Notes: generated by a model not told the origin, from the sequence alone. A stretch of DNA of 63,768 nucleotides from Armatimonadota bacterium (GCA_016235455.1 JACRKZ010000106.1:1-63768), one strand, 5' to 3'. Shown: positions 18,042-33,084, numbered from the stretch's first letter. A program made the numbers and translations.

Positions 18042-19463
18042 CTAGAGCAGCAGTCGCCAGACTAGCGCCACGCTGCTGCAGATGACCACGCCGAAGGCGA
18101 TGGGCAGCAAGGTGGCGACCGCGGTCCACTTGGCGCTGCGGGTCTCTTTGTAGATGGTGTAGATGGTCGTCGAGCACGGGTTGTGGCAGAGGCTGAAGAG
18201 CATCAGGCAGACGGCGGTGAGCGTCGTCCAGCCGGCGCCACGGAGCAGTGTGGCCAGCGTGCCGTGGTCGCCGATGTCGAACATCACGCCCGCGCCGTGT
18301 TCGCCTACGCCGGCCGCGCCGGTGACCAGGACGGTGAGCATCAGGATGGTCGGGATGACGATCTCATTGGCGGGAATGGCCACCACGTAGGCCAGCATGA
18401 TGACGCCGTTGAGGCCCAGCACCCAGCCAATGGGATCGAGCCAGCGGATCAGGTAGCTGGCGATCGACGCGTCGGCGCTGGGGATGTTGCACACCAGCCA
18501 GAGCACCGCGCCGGCTGGCGCGGCAAAGGTCACCGCGCGCCACAGCGTGATCATGGTGCGGTCGATGAGCGAGGTGTAGAGCGTGCGCCAGATGCGCGGC
18601 GGGCGGTAGGGCGGCAGCTCCAGGCTGAAAGTCGAGGCTTCGCCGCGCAGCACCGTGCGTGACAGCAGCCACGACGAGAAGAACATGAGCACCACGCCCA
18701 GCAGCGCCACAAACAGCACCGAGCCCACCGCCACGGCGCTGGCCAGCCGCGGCGGCGCGGTGGCGGCGACGAACACCGTGGCCAGCAGGATCTGCGTCGG
18801 CCAGCGGCCGTTGCACAACGAGAAGTTGTTGGTGATGATGGCGATGAGGCGTTCGCGCGGCGAATCGATGACCCGCGTGGCCACCACGCCGGCGGCATTG
18901 CAGCCCCAACCCATGGTCATGGTCAGCGCCTGTTTGCCGTGGGCGCCGGCCCGGCGGAAGAGGCTGTCCAGGTTGAACGCGACGCGCGGCAAATAGCCGA
19001 AATCCTCCAGGATGGTGAACATCGGGAAGAAGATGGCCATGGGCGGCAGCATGACGCTGACCACCCAGGCGGTGGTCAGGTAGATGCCGTCGATGAGCAG
19101 GCCCGAAAGCCAGGTGGGCAGCATGACCGCGTCGGCCAGATGGTGCAGCAGCGGTTGCCCGCCACCGATCAGCACCTTGGCCAGCAGCGCCGAGGGCACG
19201 TTGGCACCCTTGATGGTCAGCCACAGTACCAGCGCCAGCATGGCCACCATGGTGGGGAAGCCGGTCCAGCGGCTGGTCAGGAAGCGGTCCAGGCGGTGCT
19301 CCCAGGCCAGGCGGCTCGAGGGCCGGTCCTGATGGACGAACGCGCCGGCCAGCCGTGCCGATTCGGCGTAAGTCTGCTCCACCCAGCGGTCGCGGAAGTT
19401 CTGCGGCAGCTCCCAGCGCAGGCGCTCGGCGGCATCGAGGAGTTCCTGGCGCGGCTCACTCAT
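18042..19463 (-). CDS. feoB: Ferrous iron transporter B, membrane (Gate) half
   Basis: [45 protein letters not shown]; own ATG overlaps the upstream stop. Confidence 0.9.
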   Translation of the reverse strand: MSEPRQELLDAAERLRWELPQNFRDRWVEQTYAESARLAGAFVHQDRPSSRLAWEHRLDRFLTSRWTGFPTMVAMLALVLWLTIKGANVPSALLAKVLIGGGQPLLHHLADAVMLPTWLSGLLIDGIYLTTAWVVSVMLPPMAIFFPMFTILEDFGYLPRVAFNLDSLFRRAGAHGKQALTMTMGWGCNAAGVVATRVIDSPRERLIAIITNNFSLCNGRWPTQILLATVFVAATAPPRLASAVAVGSVLFVALLGVVLMFFSSWLLSRTVLRGEASTFSLELPPYRPPRIWRTLYTSLIDRTMITLWRAVTFAAPAGAVLWLVCNIPSADASIASYLIRWLDPIGWVLGLNGVIMLAYVVAIPANEIVIPTILMLTVLVTGAAGVGEHGAGVMFDIGDHGTLATLLRGAGWTTLTAVCLMLFSLCHNPCSTTIYTIYKETRSAKWTAVATLLPIAFGVVICSSVALVWRLLL

Positions 19464-20259
19464 GGTCGGCCTCCACCTTGGCCTTGTGGTCCTCCTTGAG
19501 CTGACCAAGCTGGCCGTTGCGCACAGCCTCGGCGATCTCCTGGTCGCCTTCCAGCAGACGCATGGCAATCCAATCCTTGTGCGGCACGCCGGGATAGGCC
19601 GCTTCGAGGTGCTCACTGAGCTGAGCCACGGCGCCGTCCAGGCCTGGAATGCGATAGCGCGGTCGATGCGGCCGGCAGATGAACGTGCCCTCGGCCACAT
19701 CGGCCAGCGCCGCCAGCAACTCGGGAATGCCGATGCCCTGCCGCGCCGCCGCGCCGACCACGGGGATGCCCAGTTCGCGGCTCAAGCCCTTGATGTCGAC
19801 CTCGACGCCGTGGGCGCGGGCTTCGTCGAGCAGGTTGACGCACAGCACGGCGCGGTCGCTGATGTGCAGTACCTGCAGCATCAGGTTCAGGTTGCGCTCC
19901 AGGCGCGTGGCGTCGGCCACAACGATGGTCACCGCCGGCTTGCCAAAGAGGATGAAGTCGCGCGCCACCTCCTCGTCCGGCGTGGCGGAGAGCAGGCTGT
20001 AGGTGCCCGGCAGGTCGACCAGCTTGTAGCGCTTGTCGCGATAGACGAACCCGCCCTCGGCCCGCGCGATGGTCTTGCCCGGCCAGTTGCCCGTGTGCTG
20101 CTTGAGCCCGGTGAGCGAGTTGAACACCGTGCTCTTGCCGGTGTTCGGGTTGCCTGCCAGCGCCACCACGTAGTCGAAGTCGCCGACGTTCACGCCGAGA
20201 CGTTCCACGCGGGCCGCGCCGATGGGGCAGGTGTCGCAGCCGCTCTTGCCGATGGCCAT
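19456..20259 (-). CDS. feoB: FeoB small GTPase half (NFeoB)
   Basis: [27 protein letters not shown]; N-terminal CDTC. Confidence 0.92.
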   Translation of the reverse strand: MAIGKSGCDTCPIGAARVERLGVNVGDFDYVVALAGNPNTGKSTVFNSLTGLKQHTGNWPGKTIARAEGGFVYRDKRYKLVDLPGTYSLLSATPDEEVARDFILFGKPAVTIVVADATRLERNLNLMLQVLHISDRAVLCVNLLDEARAHGVEVDIKGLSRELGIPVVGAAARQGIGIPELLAALADVAEGTFICRPHRPRYRIPGLDGAVAQLSEHLEAAYPGVPHKDWIAMRLLEGDQEIAEAVRNGQLGQLKEDHKAKVEADHE

Positions 20260-21179
20260 TACGCCGCCTCCCCGTCGCGTCGCCGCACGACGATGCGTTC
20301 GCTCTGCTCACGGCGCAGCGCGATGGACGCGCCGCGAATGCGGTAGGCCACGGGATCGCCGCTGGGGCCGATCATGTCGATCTCGAGCACCGTGCCGGGC
20401 ACGACGCCGAGGTCGAGCAGCCGGCTGCGCGCCAGCCCACGGATCAACGGCGAGATGCCTACGACTTCGGCACGTTCGCCGATCTTCACCTCGCACAGCC
20501 GCATGACGGTATCGTCAAAGGTCTCGTCCGCGGCCAGATGGTCGGTCAGCACCTGCGCCGCGGCGCGCAGGTCGATGGTATGGCTCTCGCCGTCCACGCG
20601 CAGCGTGACACCCCGCGGGCCGACGGCATCGACGCGCAGCCGCACATCGGGCGCCAGGCCAGCGCGACTCAGCACGCGGTAGAGCTCGGGCGGCTCGTCC
20701 TCGACATGCACCACGCGACCGGCCCAGCCCACGCCGCGCGTGGCCAGCGATTCGCCGCGCTGCGGAGGCATGATGCCGGTCGCCGAGGGGATGGGGTCGC
20801 CGTGCGGGTCGTAGGCGGGATTGCCCAGGGAGATGGCCAGCCGCTCAACCTCGGCGCGGGACAGTTCATGCTCCGCGGCATGGGCCTGGTCGTGCCAGGT
20901 GTTGGTCGGGTGCCCGGTGCGGTGGGCCAGATAGGTCTCATAGAGCCGGTGCGCCCGGATGACCTGCAGCGCGTACTCGCGTCCCTGGGCGGTGAGGACC
21001 AGGCGGCCCTCGTCTTCCTGCACCAGGGCCGCGGCCAGCAGCAGTGCCAGAGGCCCGTCATCACGACTGGCCGGCACGCCCATCACGCTGGCCAGATTGG
21101 CCGCGGTGACCGGCTGTCCGTTCGCCGTGGCATCGTAGAGGTACTTCAGCGCGTCTTCGACCTGCTGTCGTTCGGCCAT
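20259..21179 (-). CDS. DtxR/MntR family metal-dependent regulator with two C-terminal FeoA domains
   Basis: EDALKYLY, RAHRLYETYL, AEHELS, DPHGDPIP; FeoA motifs RLLDLGVVPG and GDPVAYRIRGASIALR. Confidence 0.9.
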   Translation of the reverse strand: MAERQQVEDALKYLYDATANGQPVTAANLASVMGVPASRDDGPLALLLAAALVQEDEGRLVLTAQGREYALQVIRAHRLYETYLAHRTGHPTNTWHDQAHAAEHELSRAEVERLAISLGNPAYDPHGDPIPSATGIMPPQRGESLATRGVGWAGRVVHVEDEPPELYRVLSRAGLAPDVRLRVDAVGPRGVTLRVDGESHTIDLRAAAQVLTDHLAADETFDDTVMRLCEVKIGERAEVVGISPLIRGLARSRLLDLGVVPGTVLEIDMIGPSGDPVAYRIRGASIALRREQSERIVVRRRDGEAA

Positions 21180-21226
21180 GCCTGCCCGTCCATCCCGCTC
21201 GGCGCCCACCTGCGCCGCTTGCAGGC

Positions 21227-21255
21227 ATTGTGACTGCCCAGGGCGAGATGCGCAA
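21227..21255 (-). promoter_or_regulatory. Sigma70-type promoter for dtxR-feoB
   Basis: TTGCGC-N17-CACAAT on the minus strand. Confidence 0.5.
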
Positions 21256-21277
21256 GCCGGCCGCCGCTTACGGCGCA

Positions 21278-21313
21278 CCCTGGAGCACAGCCGGGGCCGG
21301 CTGTGCTCCAGGG
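21278..21313. terminator. Perfect 16-bp hairpin downstream of the xylan cluster
   Basis: CCCTGGAGCACAGCCG-GGGC-CGGCTGTGCTCCAGGG. Confidence 0.6.
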
Positions 21314-21331
21314 CGGCTCGCGGGATGGGCG

Positions 21332-26567
<5,236 letters not shown>

Positions 26568-26606
26568 GTGCCCTCTACCTCCAGAGGCGTGGTGGTTGGT
26601 CATCGG

Positions 26607-28199
26607 TCATCTCGCCGGGCTGGTCTGGTCGCTCACGCGGAACCAGTCGAAGTCGGCGTGGCCGCCCGGCGTCTTGGTCGCATAGCAGAACAGCCCGAAG
26701 CGATAGCCCATGAAGTGCGGCAGCGTGTAGGCCATGCGTAGCGGCCGGCCGATGGGCGTCCAGGTTTGGCCGTCTAGGCTGTAGTAGAACGATGCCATGT
26801 CGCGGCGGCCGCCGAAGTCGCACTCGGCCCGCAGGAAGGCCGTTGTGACGGCCAGCGGCACGCGCGCCGTCTCCACCGTGGCGTTGCCCTCGACGCTCAC
26901 GGCCACCAGCGAGCGGGCCTCTCCCTCGACCTTCACGCCAACGAACCCGTAGCGCTGCTGCAGCAACCCGAGCCCGGCCACATCACCGTCACGCAGCGCG
27001 CTCGCGTCAAGGATGGTGGTCGCCGAGCACCGCGGGCCGAACGTGCGCTGGGTCAGCGTGTTGCGGGCCGAGACGAAGTCGGCGTCGACCCGGCCGGTGG
27101 TCAGCCGCAGCCAGCCGGGCCGCGCGGTCAGCGACCAGAGCGCGTTATCCGGGTTGTGGTTCCATTGCCAGACCAGCGGCAATGGCGGCTGGCCGGGCTG
27201 GCGGTCGAACTCGTCCGAGGCCACGATGCCCGGCACGAGGCCCTGGCTGGCCGGCAGGTCGAGGGTGGCGGGCACCCTGCCGTCAGTGCCCAGCCGCGGC
27301 CAGCCGTCCTCCCACCGCACGGGCACGAGGAACGGCGTGCGGCCGACCGCGCCGTGATCCTGGAACAGGTAGGCGAACCAGCGGCCGTCAGGCGTGTCGA
27401 TCAGGCCGCCTTGCGCCACGCCCTGGTCGGCCAGCGCCACGCGGCCTTCCCATGGGCCGGTGAGGCGGTCGGCACGATGCACGATGGCCGTTCTCATGCC
27501 GCCGCGCGGCCAGGTGATGTTGAACAGGTAGTAGCGTCCTTCGACCTTGATCAGTTGCGAGCCCTCGGCCTGCAGGCCGACATTCGGCCCGGCCACCGCG
27601 CTCGCGTGTGGGATGATCACCTGGTCCACGCCGCCCGGCTTGAGGCCCGACAGATCGGCGGCCAGCTCGACCAGGCGGATGTCGCCACCGCCGTACACCA
27701 TATAGACCCGGCCGTCATCGTCGAAGAACAGCGAATGGTCGTGCAGCATCGGCCGGAACGACGTCATCTGCCACGGGCCGCGCTCGATATCCTTGGTGGT
27801 GTAGATGTACGTCCGACCCGTCGTGCCCGAGAAGGTGGTGGCGTAGAACGTGCCGTCATGGTAGCGCAGGCTGCTGGCCCAGGAGCCGCGGCCGTAGCTG
27901 CTCTTGCCGTTGGTCAGGGCCAACGCGTCGTCATCGCCGAGAGTGTCGTAGGCGTAGCCCACCAGCCGCCAGTTGACCAGGTCGGTCGACTTCATGATCG
28001 GCAGCCCGGGGCTCATATGCATCGTCGTGCTGCTCATGTACCAGGCGCCGCCCACGCGGATGATGGCGATGTCGGGCACGTCGGCGTACAGCACGGGGTT
28101 GGTCGCCTGGGCCAGGCCGGCCGGCGACGCGCAACAGACCAGCAGCCCGGCCAGCCAGCCGACCGATCCGCACATTGCCGATCCCGTGTGGCAGTTCAT
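26607..28199 (-). CDS. Glycoside hydrolase family 43 (xylosidase/arabinofuranosidase) with C-terminal beta-sandwich
   Basis: NPVLYADVPD, WASS, HDHSLFFDDDG, AEGSQ, QGG, WQWNHNP, FMGYRFGLF. Confidence 0.92.
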   Translation of the reverse strand: MNCHTGSAMCGSVGWLAGLLVCCASPAGLAQATNPVLYADVPDIAIIRVGGAWYMSSTTMHMSPGLPIMKSTDLVNWRLVGYAYDTLGDDDALALTNGKSSYGRGSWASSLRYHDGTFYATTFSGTTGRTYIYTTKDIERGPWQMTSFRPMLHDHSLFFDDDGRVYMVYGGGDIRLVELAADLSGLKPGGVDQVIIPHASAVAGPNVGLQAEGSQLIKVEGRYYLFNITWPRGGMRTAIVHRADRLTGPWEGRVALADQGVAQGGLIDTPDGRWFAYLFQDHGAVGRTPFLVPVRWEDGWPRLGTDGRVPATLDLPASQGLVPGIVASDEFDRQPGQPPLPLVWQWNHNPDNALWSLTARPGWLRLTTGRVDADFVSARNTLTQRTFGPRCSATTILDASALRDGDVAGLGLLQQRYGFVGVKVEGEARSLVAVSVEGNATVETARVPLAVTTAFLRAECDFGGRRDMASFYYSLDGQTWTPIGRPLRMAYTLPHFMGYRFGLFCYATKTPGGHADFDWFRVSDQTSPAR

Positions 28200-28239
28200 C
28201 CCTGGTTCCTTCCTCTCTGATCTCGACTGTGCCAGCGCG

Positions 28240-28253
28240 TGAGTGCTCACTCA
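28240..28253. promoter_or_regulatory. Candidate TetR operator TGAGTG-CT-CACTCA upstream of GH43
   Basis: Perfect 6-bp-arm palindrome; related to the site at 28882-28900. Confidence 0.55.
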
Positions 28254-28281
28254 TTTCTGGGCCGCAACCGGGCGGCCGTGG

Positions 28282-28875
28282 TCAGCTTGTCTCGGGGGCG
28301 ATGCCGGGCCAGACCGTGTCGATCAGCCCAGTCGCATAGGCGGCCACGGCCTCCGGGGTGATTGTGGCCAGGGCGTCGCGCCGGTCGATGACGAAGCTCA
28401 CGCAGGCGCCGAACAGCAGTTGAGCCAGGGCCTGCGTGTCGCAGGGCCGCAGCCGCCCGGCTTTGATCTCGTCGTCCAGGTAGGCCGCGAGCCGCTGCTG
28501 ATCCCTGACGGCGGGCGGCGGCTGGCCAGCCGGCTCGGTGGGGTACGGCACCTTGATGGTCCACAGCAGCATCATCAGCGGCAGACGGTCTTGGACGAAG
28601 GCAATCATCTCGTGCGCCAGTTGCACCAGGTTCGCGCGCAGGTCGCCTACGCCGCGCAGGCCGGCCATGGTCTGTACCCAACCGGGCACATCTGGCGGCC
28701 TGACCGCCGCCTGCAACAGCGCCTCCTTGCTGGGGAAGCGGTTGAAGACCGAGCCCTCGGACACGCCGGCCTGACGCGCAATGTCCTTGGTGGTCGCGCT
28801 CGCGCCGTCACGCGCGAAGACGATCCGCGCGGCGTCGAGGATCTGCTCGTCCGAAATGACAACCGGTCTAGCCAT
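28282..28875 (-). CDS. TetR/AcrR family transcriptional regulator
   Basis: ILDAARIVF, ATTKDIARQAGVSEGSVFNRFPSKEAL. Confidence 0.93.
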   Translation of the reverse strand: MARPVVISDEQILDAARIVFARDGASATTKDIARQAGVSEGSVFNRFPSKEALLQAAVRPPDVPGWVQTMAGLRGVGDLRANLVQLAHEMIAFVQDRLPLMMLLWTIKVPYPTEPAGQPPPAVRDQQRLAAYLDDEIKAGRLRPCDTQALAQLLFGACVSFVIDRRDALATITPEAVAAYATGLIDTVWPGIAPETS

Positions 28876-28881
28876 GATTAC

Positions 28882-28913
28882 TGATTAGACACTCACTAAT
28901 GGGATGTTGTCAA
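28882..28913 (-). promoter_or_regulatory. tetR promoter (TTGACA-N18-TCTAAT) overlapped by operator-like TGATTA-GA-CACTCA / ATTAG-N7-CTAAT
   Basis: -35 at 28908-28913, -10 at 28884-28889; ATG 8 nt after the -10 with no SD, so probably leaderless. Confidence 0.6.
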
Positions 28914-28941
28914 GTGGTGCGGGCAACGATTGGTGCGCGGC

Positions 28942-29931
28942 CTAGGCGAACAGGTCTGAGGTGGCGTCCGCGGGCTCGGGCTTGGGGCTGTCCATGGCGA
29001 ACCGCACGGCTCGCTCGATGCGCTCGGCGGCCTCTTCGCGCAGGGCGGTCTCCTGCTCCTCGGTGAGCAGGCCCTGGCCGCGCAGGTGGCCGGTGAGCAC
29101 GCGGATGGGGTCGCGTTGCTCCCACCAGCGCTCCTCGTCGCGGCTGCGGTAAGGGCGCTCGGCATCGCCCTTGGAGTGGCCGAAGTAGCGGTAAGTCTTG
29201 CACTCGAGCAGCGTGGGGCCGTCGCCCGAGCGGGCGCGCTCGACGGCCTTGCTGGCCGACGAGTAGACGGCGTCGACATCCTGCCCGTCGACCACCGCGC
29301 CAGGGATGCCGTAGCCGGCGGCGCGGTCGGCCACATCGGTCACCGGCGAGGTATTGGCCACCGCGGTGCCCATGGCATAGAGGTTGTTCTCGCAGACGTA
29401 GACGATGGGCAGCTTCCACGCCGCGCCCACATTGATGGCCTCGTGGAACGCGCCCTGGCCCACGGCGCCGTCGCCCAGGAAGGCTACCACCACCGAGTCG
29501 AGTCCGCGATGCTGTGCCGCCAGCGCGGCGCCGGTGGCGATGGGCAGGCCACCGGCGGTGATGCCGTTGCTACCCAGGAAGCCGATCTCGTAGGCGGCGA
29601 CATGCTGGCTGCCGCCGCGGCCCTTGCTGTAGCCCGTGCGCTTGCCGAACAACTCCGCCATCAGCCGGTCGGGGCAGCCGCCCTTGGCCAGCAGGTGCGC
29701 GTGGCCGCGATGCGTGCTGGCCACCTGGTCGGTGCCGCGGAGCGCCGCGCAGACCCCCACGGCGCTGGCCTCCTGGCCGCAGGCGGCGTGGGCCGTGCCG
29801 GTGATGAGCCCCTGGCCGAACAGCTCCATGAGCCGCTCGTCGAAACGCCGCGCCAGCAGCATCAGCCGCAGCAGGTCGATGCGACGCTCGGGTGACATGG
29901 GCTCGGACTGCGTGCGCGCGGCGCTGATCAT
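28942..29931 (-). CDS. TPP-dependent dehydrogenase E1 alpha subunit (PdhA/AcoA-like)
   Basis: GQEA, STHRGH, GRGGSQH, GDGA...ENN TPP motif, TYRYFGHS, DPI. Confidence 0.92.
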   Translation of the reverse strand: MISAARTQSEPMSPERRIDLLRLMLLARRFDERLMELFGQGLITGTAHAACGQEASAVGVCAALRGTDQVASTHRGHAHLLAKGGCPDRLMAELFGKRTGYSKGRGGSQHVAAYEIGFLGSNGITAGGLPIATGAALAAQHRGLDSVVVAFLGDGAVGQGAFHEAINVGAAWKLPIVYVCENNLYAMGTAVANTSPVTDVADRAAGYGIPGAVVDGQDVDAVYSSASKAVERARSGDGPTLLECKTYRYFGHSKGDAERPYRSRDEERWWEQRDPIRVLTGHLRGQGLLTEEQETALREEAAERIERAVRFAMDSPKPEPADATSDLFA

Positions 29932-29997
29932 GCGTGACCTCTCCTCAAGGCATTGTGGGTCATTCGCTGGGTTGGACGACAGGCGCGCGTCGACGTT

Positions 29998-31035
29998 TCA
30001 CTTGGTGGCCGGCGTCTCGGGCGGCTTGGTCGGCTCGGCTGGCGAGGTGGGCGGCGCGGGTGGGGCGGGCTCGCCGGGCTTGGTCTCCGGCTGCGCGGGC
30101 GGCTTGTTGGGCTCCCCGCCCTTGTCGGCGCCCTCGCCGACGTTGACCACGACCTTGCCGACGTCGAACCACTGCGACGTCTCCTGATCGATGAAGATGC
30201 GCGCGGCGCCCGCCTCGACGGACTCGCCGTCATCGTTGCTGACTTGCACGCCACCTTCCAGGTCCAGGATGTCGCCGGTATCGCCTTGCTCTTTGGTCAC
30301 CTCGAAGTAGGTGGCCCGGCCGGCGACGCCGCGCTGGTTCTTCTGGGCGAAGGTGATGTTGACATTGGGCAGCTTGGCCTGGCACAGCGCCTTGCGGTCG
30401 CCCTTGCGATACCAGAACGTGAGCCGGTCCGAGCGGACGATGGTGGGTTCCCAGCGGGCCTTCTCGATGCGGTCGGCGTCGGGCTTGGGCTGCTCCTTGG
30501 GCGTGTGAATGACGACCACCTTGCCCTCGGTCTTGGGGGCCAGGTCACCATCCACCACGGCGCGCTTCTCCTTGGTGAAGACCCAGCCGATGAGCCCCGT
30601 CACCTCGTTCTCGGGCTTCTCGATGGTGGTGGTGCCATCCTTCTCGGTGATCGTGCCCGACAACATGCGCAGGTTGCCCTGGATCGTGGCGATGCCCGCG
30701 GTTTCGCCCGAGTAGTCGATGGCATCGCAGTAGGCGATGACGTCGTCGTCGGGCAGAATGAGCTGCAGCTTGCCGCGCGCGACGACGCTACGGTCCCGGC
30801 CGGTCTTGACCACGCTGTTGGGCTCCAGCGCGCGGATGATGGCGCGTCGCTGCGCCGGCTTCTCGTCGCCGGTCGGCGCCGGCTTGGTGTCGCCTGCCGG
30901 CGTCGTCGGCGCGGACGGCGTGGTCACCTTGGGCGGCGCGGTCGGTGCCGTGGGCGCCACGGGCGAGGGGATGGGCTGCGCGAGCGCGCCGAGCGCCCAC
31001 AGTGAGCCAGAGAGCAGAACGACAACGCGCCTCAT
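29998..31035 (-). CDS. Periplasmic LptA/OstA-like beta-jellyroll protein with Pro-rich termini
   Basis: Signal peptide; beta-rich segments IVRSDRLTF, GVAGRATY, LDLEGGVQV; C-half resembles the C-terminus of the upstream gene. Confidence 0.6.
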   Translation of the reverse strand: MRRVVVLLSGSLWALGALAQPIPSPVAPTAPTAPPKVTTPSAPTTPAGDTKPAPTGDEKPAQRRAIIRALEPNSVVKTGRDRSVVARGKLQLILPDDDVIAYCDAIDYSGETAGIATIQGNLRMLSGTITEKDGTTTIEKPENEVTGLIGWVFTKEKRAVVDGDLAPKTEGKVVVIHTPKEQPKPDADRIEKARWEPTIVRSDRLTFWYRKGDRKALCQAKLPNVNITFAQKNQRGVAGRATYFEVTKEQGDTGDILDLEGGVQVSNDDGESVEAGAARIFIDQETSQWFDVGKVVVNVGEGADKGGEPNKPPAQPETKPGEPAPPAPPTSPAEPTKPPETPATK

Positions 31036-32573
31036 CGAGCCTTCTCCGTATCGCCGCGCAGCCAGAACTCGGCCGAGACCGGCTGCTCAATCTTCATCTC
31101 GTCGTTGCGCAGATCATACGTCAGCCGGCCACAACGGGCGCGTTCGCCGCCGCGATTCCAAAGCCGAACGTTGCCCACCAGGGTCAGGATCTCCCGGTCA
31201 TGCTCATAACGCAGCCGGTCGGCCTTGCCTTCACGATCGCCTTGCTTGAAGCTCGGGCTCTCTCGCGCCTCGGTCCAGCGTGCGCCCGGCGCGAAGCTGT
31301 GCTCGACTCGGCCGGCATGCAGATCGACAGGCCGCGCCTTGGCTTGGGCCAGTTCATCGCCTCCGCCGGCATAGCCGCGCGGCATGGTGTGCAGCGCCAC
31401 GCCGCCGCTGAGTCGCGCCATCTGGGTGCGCAGGTCGGCGGTGAGTCGGGGCGCTTCGGCCTTGGCCTCGCCGGTGTCCAGCTTCACGCCGCCCCAGGCG
31501 CTAGCTCGCCGCACGCTCTCGGCGTACAGATAGGTGATGCGTGGCGCATCCAGCGTTACCGTGCCCTCCGGCCGCCGCTGGACCAGATTGGCCTGGCCGC
31601 TGAACTCCGCGCGCCGGGCCAGCGCCAGAACGCGGCCGGAGTCCGCGCGTAACTGGCTGTTCGGGTCGGTCAGCAGGACATGGCCCTTGGCGTCGAGCAC
31701 GCGGGTGGCACGGCCACTGAAGGTGATCTCATCGCATGCCAGACGGGCGCTGTCGGTGGGCAGGTCGACGCTCACCTGGCCCGAAGCGCTGCCGGCGCCC
31801 GTGCGGCGGTCGTAGGCCAGCACGCCGCCTGCGCCGCACGACAGCACGACCTTCTTGCGCGGGCCGGTCATGTCGCCGGCGACCGCGTTGGCCGGCAGGG
31901 CGGCGTCGATGGTGGCCGGCCCGGCGAGTTGCAGTTCGCCGCGGTCCAGCAGCGCCGAGCCGGCGGCGGCGCGCAACGTGTCCGGTCCTTGGGTGGCCGA
32001 GAGCGCATCAGGCAGGTCGAGCCGCGAGTTGGCCGGCCAATAGAAGAGGCGCGTGGTCTGCACCAGCGCGGGTGGGGTGGGCGGTTGGGCCGCCTGCCCC
32101 TTGGCGTCGGCGTCGCGCCACTCGAAGGCGTCCAGCTTGGGCACGAACAGCTTGCCGTCGCCCTCAAACCAGAAGGCCTGCTGGCAGCGGAAGTTGAGGC
32201 CACGCTCGCTGGTGGCGACGATGTTGCCCTGCGCGGCGATGTCGTGCGTGCGCTGCTCGACCCGCGCGCGGTCGGCGCGGATCTGCAGCGCGCTGGCGCC
32301 GGCGTTGAGCCACTCGCCGCGGTCCAGGCCATAGACCAGGTAGTCGCCGTTGGTCAGCACTTCCAGGCGCTGGGCGACGAACGACCAGGTGACCTGACTG
32401 CGCCGGTCGCGCAGCCGCTCGGTGTGGCCGAGGAAGGTGAAGACCGCGTCGTGGCCATCGCGCGGGCGGTGTTCCTGCGGCGCACCGGCCTGGGAGACGT
32501 GGACCTGCCAGGCGACGAACAGCAGGAACAGCGGCATCAGGCTGGACGAAGCCAGGAGCAGCCAGCGGCGCAA
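31032..32573 (-). CDS. Membrane-anchored LptC-like protein extended by several OstA/LptA-like units
   Basis: TTG start after GAGGTG; N-terminal TM; IRADRARV..GNIVA, LRADSGRV..FSGQA, AEAPRLTA..LSGGV, GKADRLRY..LVGNV. Confidence 0.7.
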   Translation of the reverse strand: MRRWLLLASSSLMPLFLLFVAWQVHVSQAGAPQEHRPRDGHDAVFTFLGHTERLRDRRSQVTWSFVAQRLEVLTNGDYLVYGLDRGEWLNAGASALQIRADRARVEQRTHDIAAQGNIVATSERGLNFRCQQAFWFEGDGKLFVPKLDAFEWRDADAKGQAAQPPTPPALVQTTRLFYWPANSRLDLPDALSATQGPDTLRAAAGSALLDRGELQLAGPATIDAALPANAVAGDMTGPRKKVVLSCGAGGVLAYDRRTGAGSASGQVSVDLPTDSARLACDEITFSGRATRVLDAKGHVLLTDPNSQLRADSGRVLALARRAEFSGQANLVQRRPEGTVTLDAPRITYLYAESVRRASAWGGVKLDTGEAKAEAPRLTADLRTQMARLSGGVALHTMPRGYAGGGDELAQAKARPVDLHAGRVEHSFAPGARWTEARESPSFKQGDREGKADRLRYEHDREILTLVGNVRLWNRGGERARCGRLTYDLRNDEMKIEQPVSAEFWLRGDTEKAR

Positions 32574-32664
32574 GACACCACCTCAAAGCAGCGGGCCCGG
32601 CACAACCGCTCGCATCACGCGACGACGGCTGGCCGAGCCCGGCAACACGAACCCCAGAGAACGC

Positions 32665-33084
32665 TCAGTCGAAGACCGGCGGCGACGGCGGCTGCGTGAC
32701 GTCCACGCCGCCCGTGGGCGACAGGGCGATGTTGGCCTGCGCTTGGGTCAGGCTGGTCACCACCACGCTGTTGGACGTGAAGCCCGTGGCCGACGCGGTG
32801 ATCGTGATGCTACCCGTGTTGGGCAGCGCGGTCAGCGTGTAGGCGCCACTGCCGTTGGTCGTGGTGCTGCGCCCCGACGCGGTGACCGTCGCGTTGCCGA
32901 TGACCGCACTGGTGTAGGCATTGGTCACCACGCCGGTGATGACTCGGGTGTTGGTCGTGCCACCACCGCCCCCGCCACCACCACCACTGCCGCTACTGCC
33001 GCAACCGGTGACCACCGCGACCAGGGCACCCAGCGCCAGCCTCTTGACGAGTCGCGAGAACTTGCTCATGTCATGAACCATCAA
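32665..33084 (-). CDS. Small lipoprotein with carboxypeptidase-regulatory-like domain
   Basis: Lipobox VTGC, poly-Gly tether, ITGVVTN, TTTNGSGAYTL, ASATGF; exact start uncertain (33069-33084). Confidence 0.8.
   Translation of the reverse strand: MMVHDMSKFSRLVKRLALGALVAVVTGCGSSGSGGGGGGGGGTTNTRVITGVVTNAYTSAVIGNATVTASGRSTTTNGSGAYTLTALPNTGSITITASATGFTSNSVVVTSLTQAQANIALSPTGGVDVTQPPSPPVFD

Noticed and set aside
19456-19463. feoB as a frameshifted pseudogene
   Set aside because: The second half has its own ATG in a coupled overlap with GGAGG upstream, and both halves keep intact motifs; treated as a natural split.
21180-21331. DtxR/IdeR box upstream of dtxR-feoB
   Set aside because: No TTAGG..CCTAA-like palindrome is visible.
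32955-33000. CCA/CCG triplet runs here and near 34285-34305 and 22436-22480
   Set aside because: They encode Gly-rich linkers and are not independent DNA repeats.
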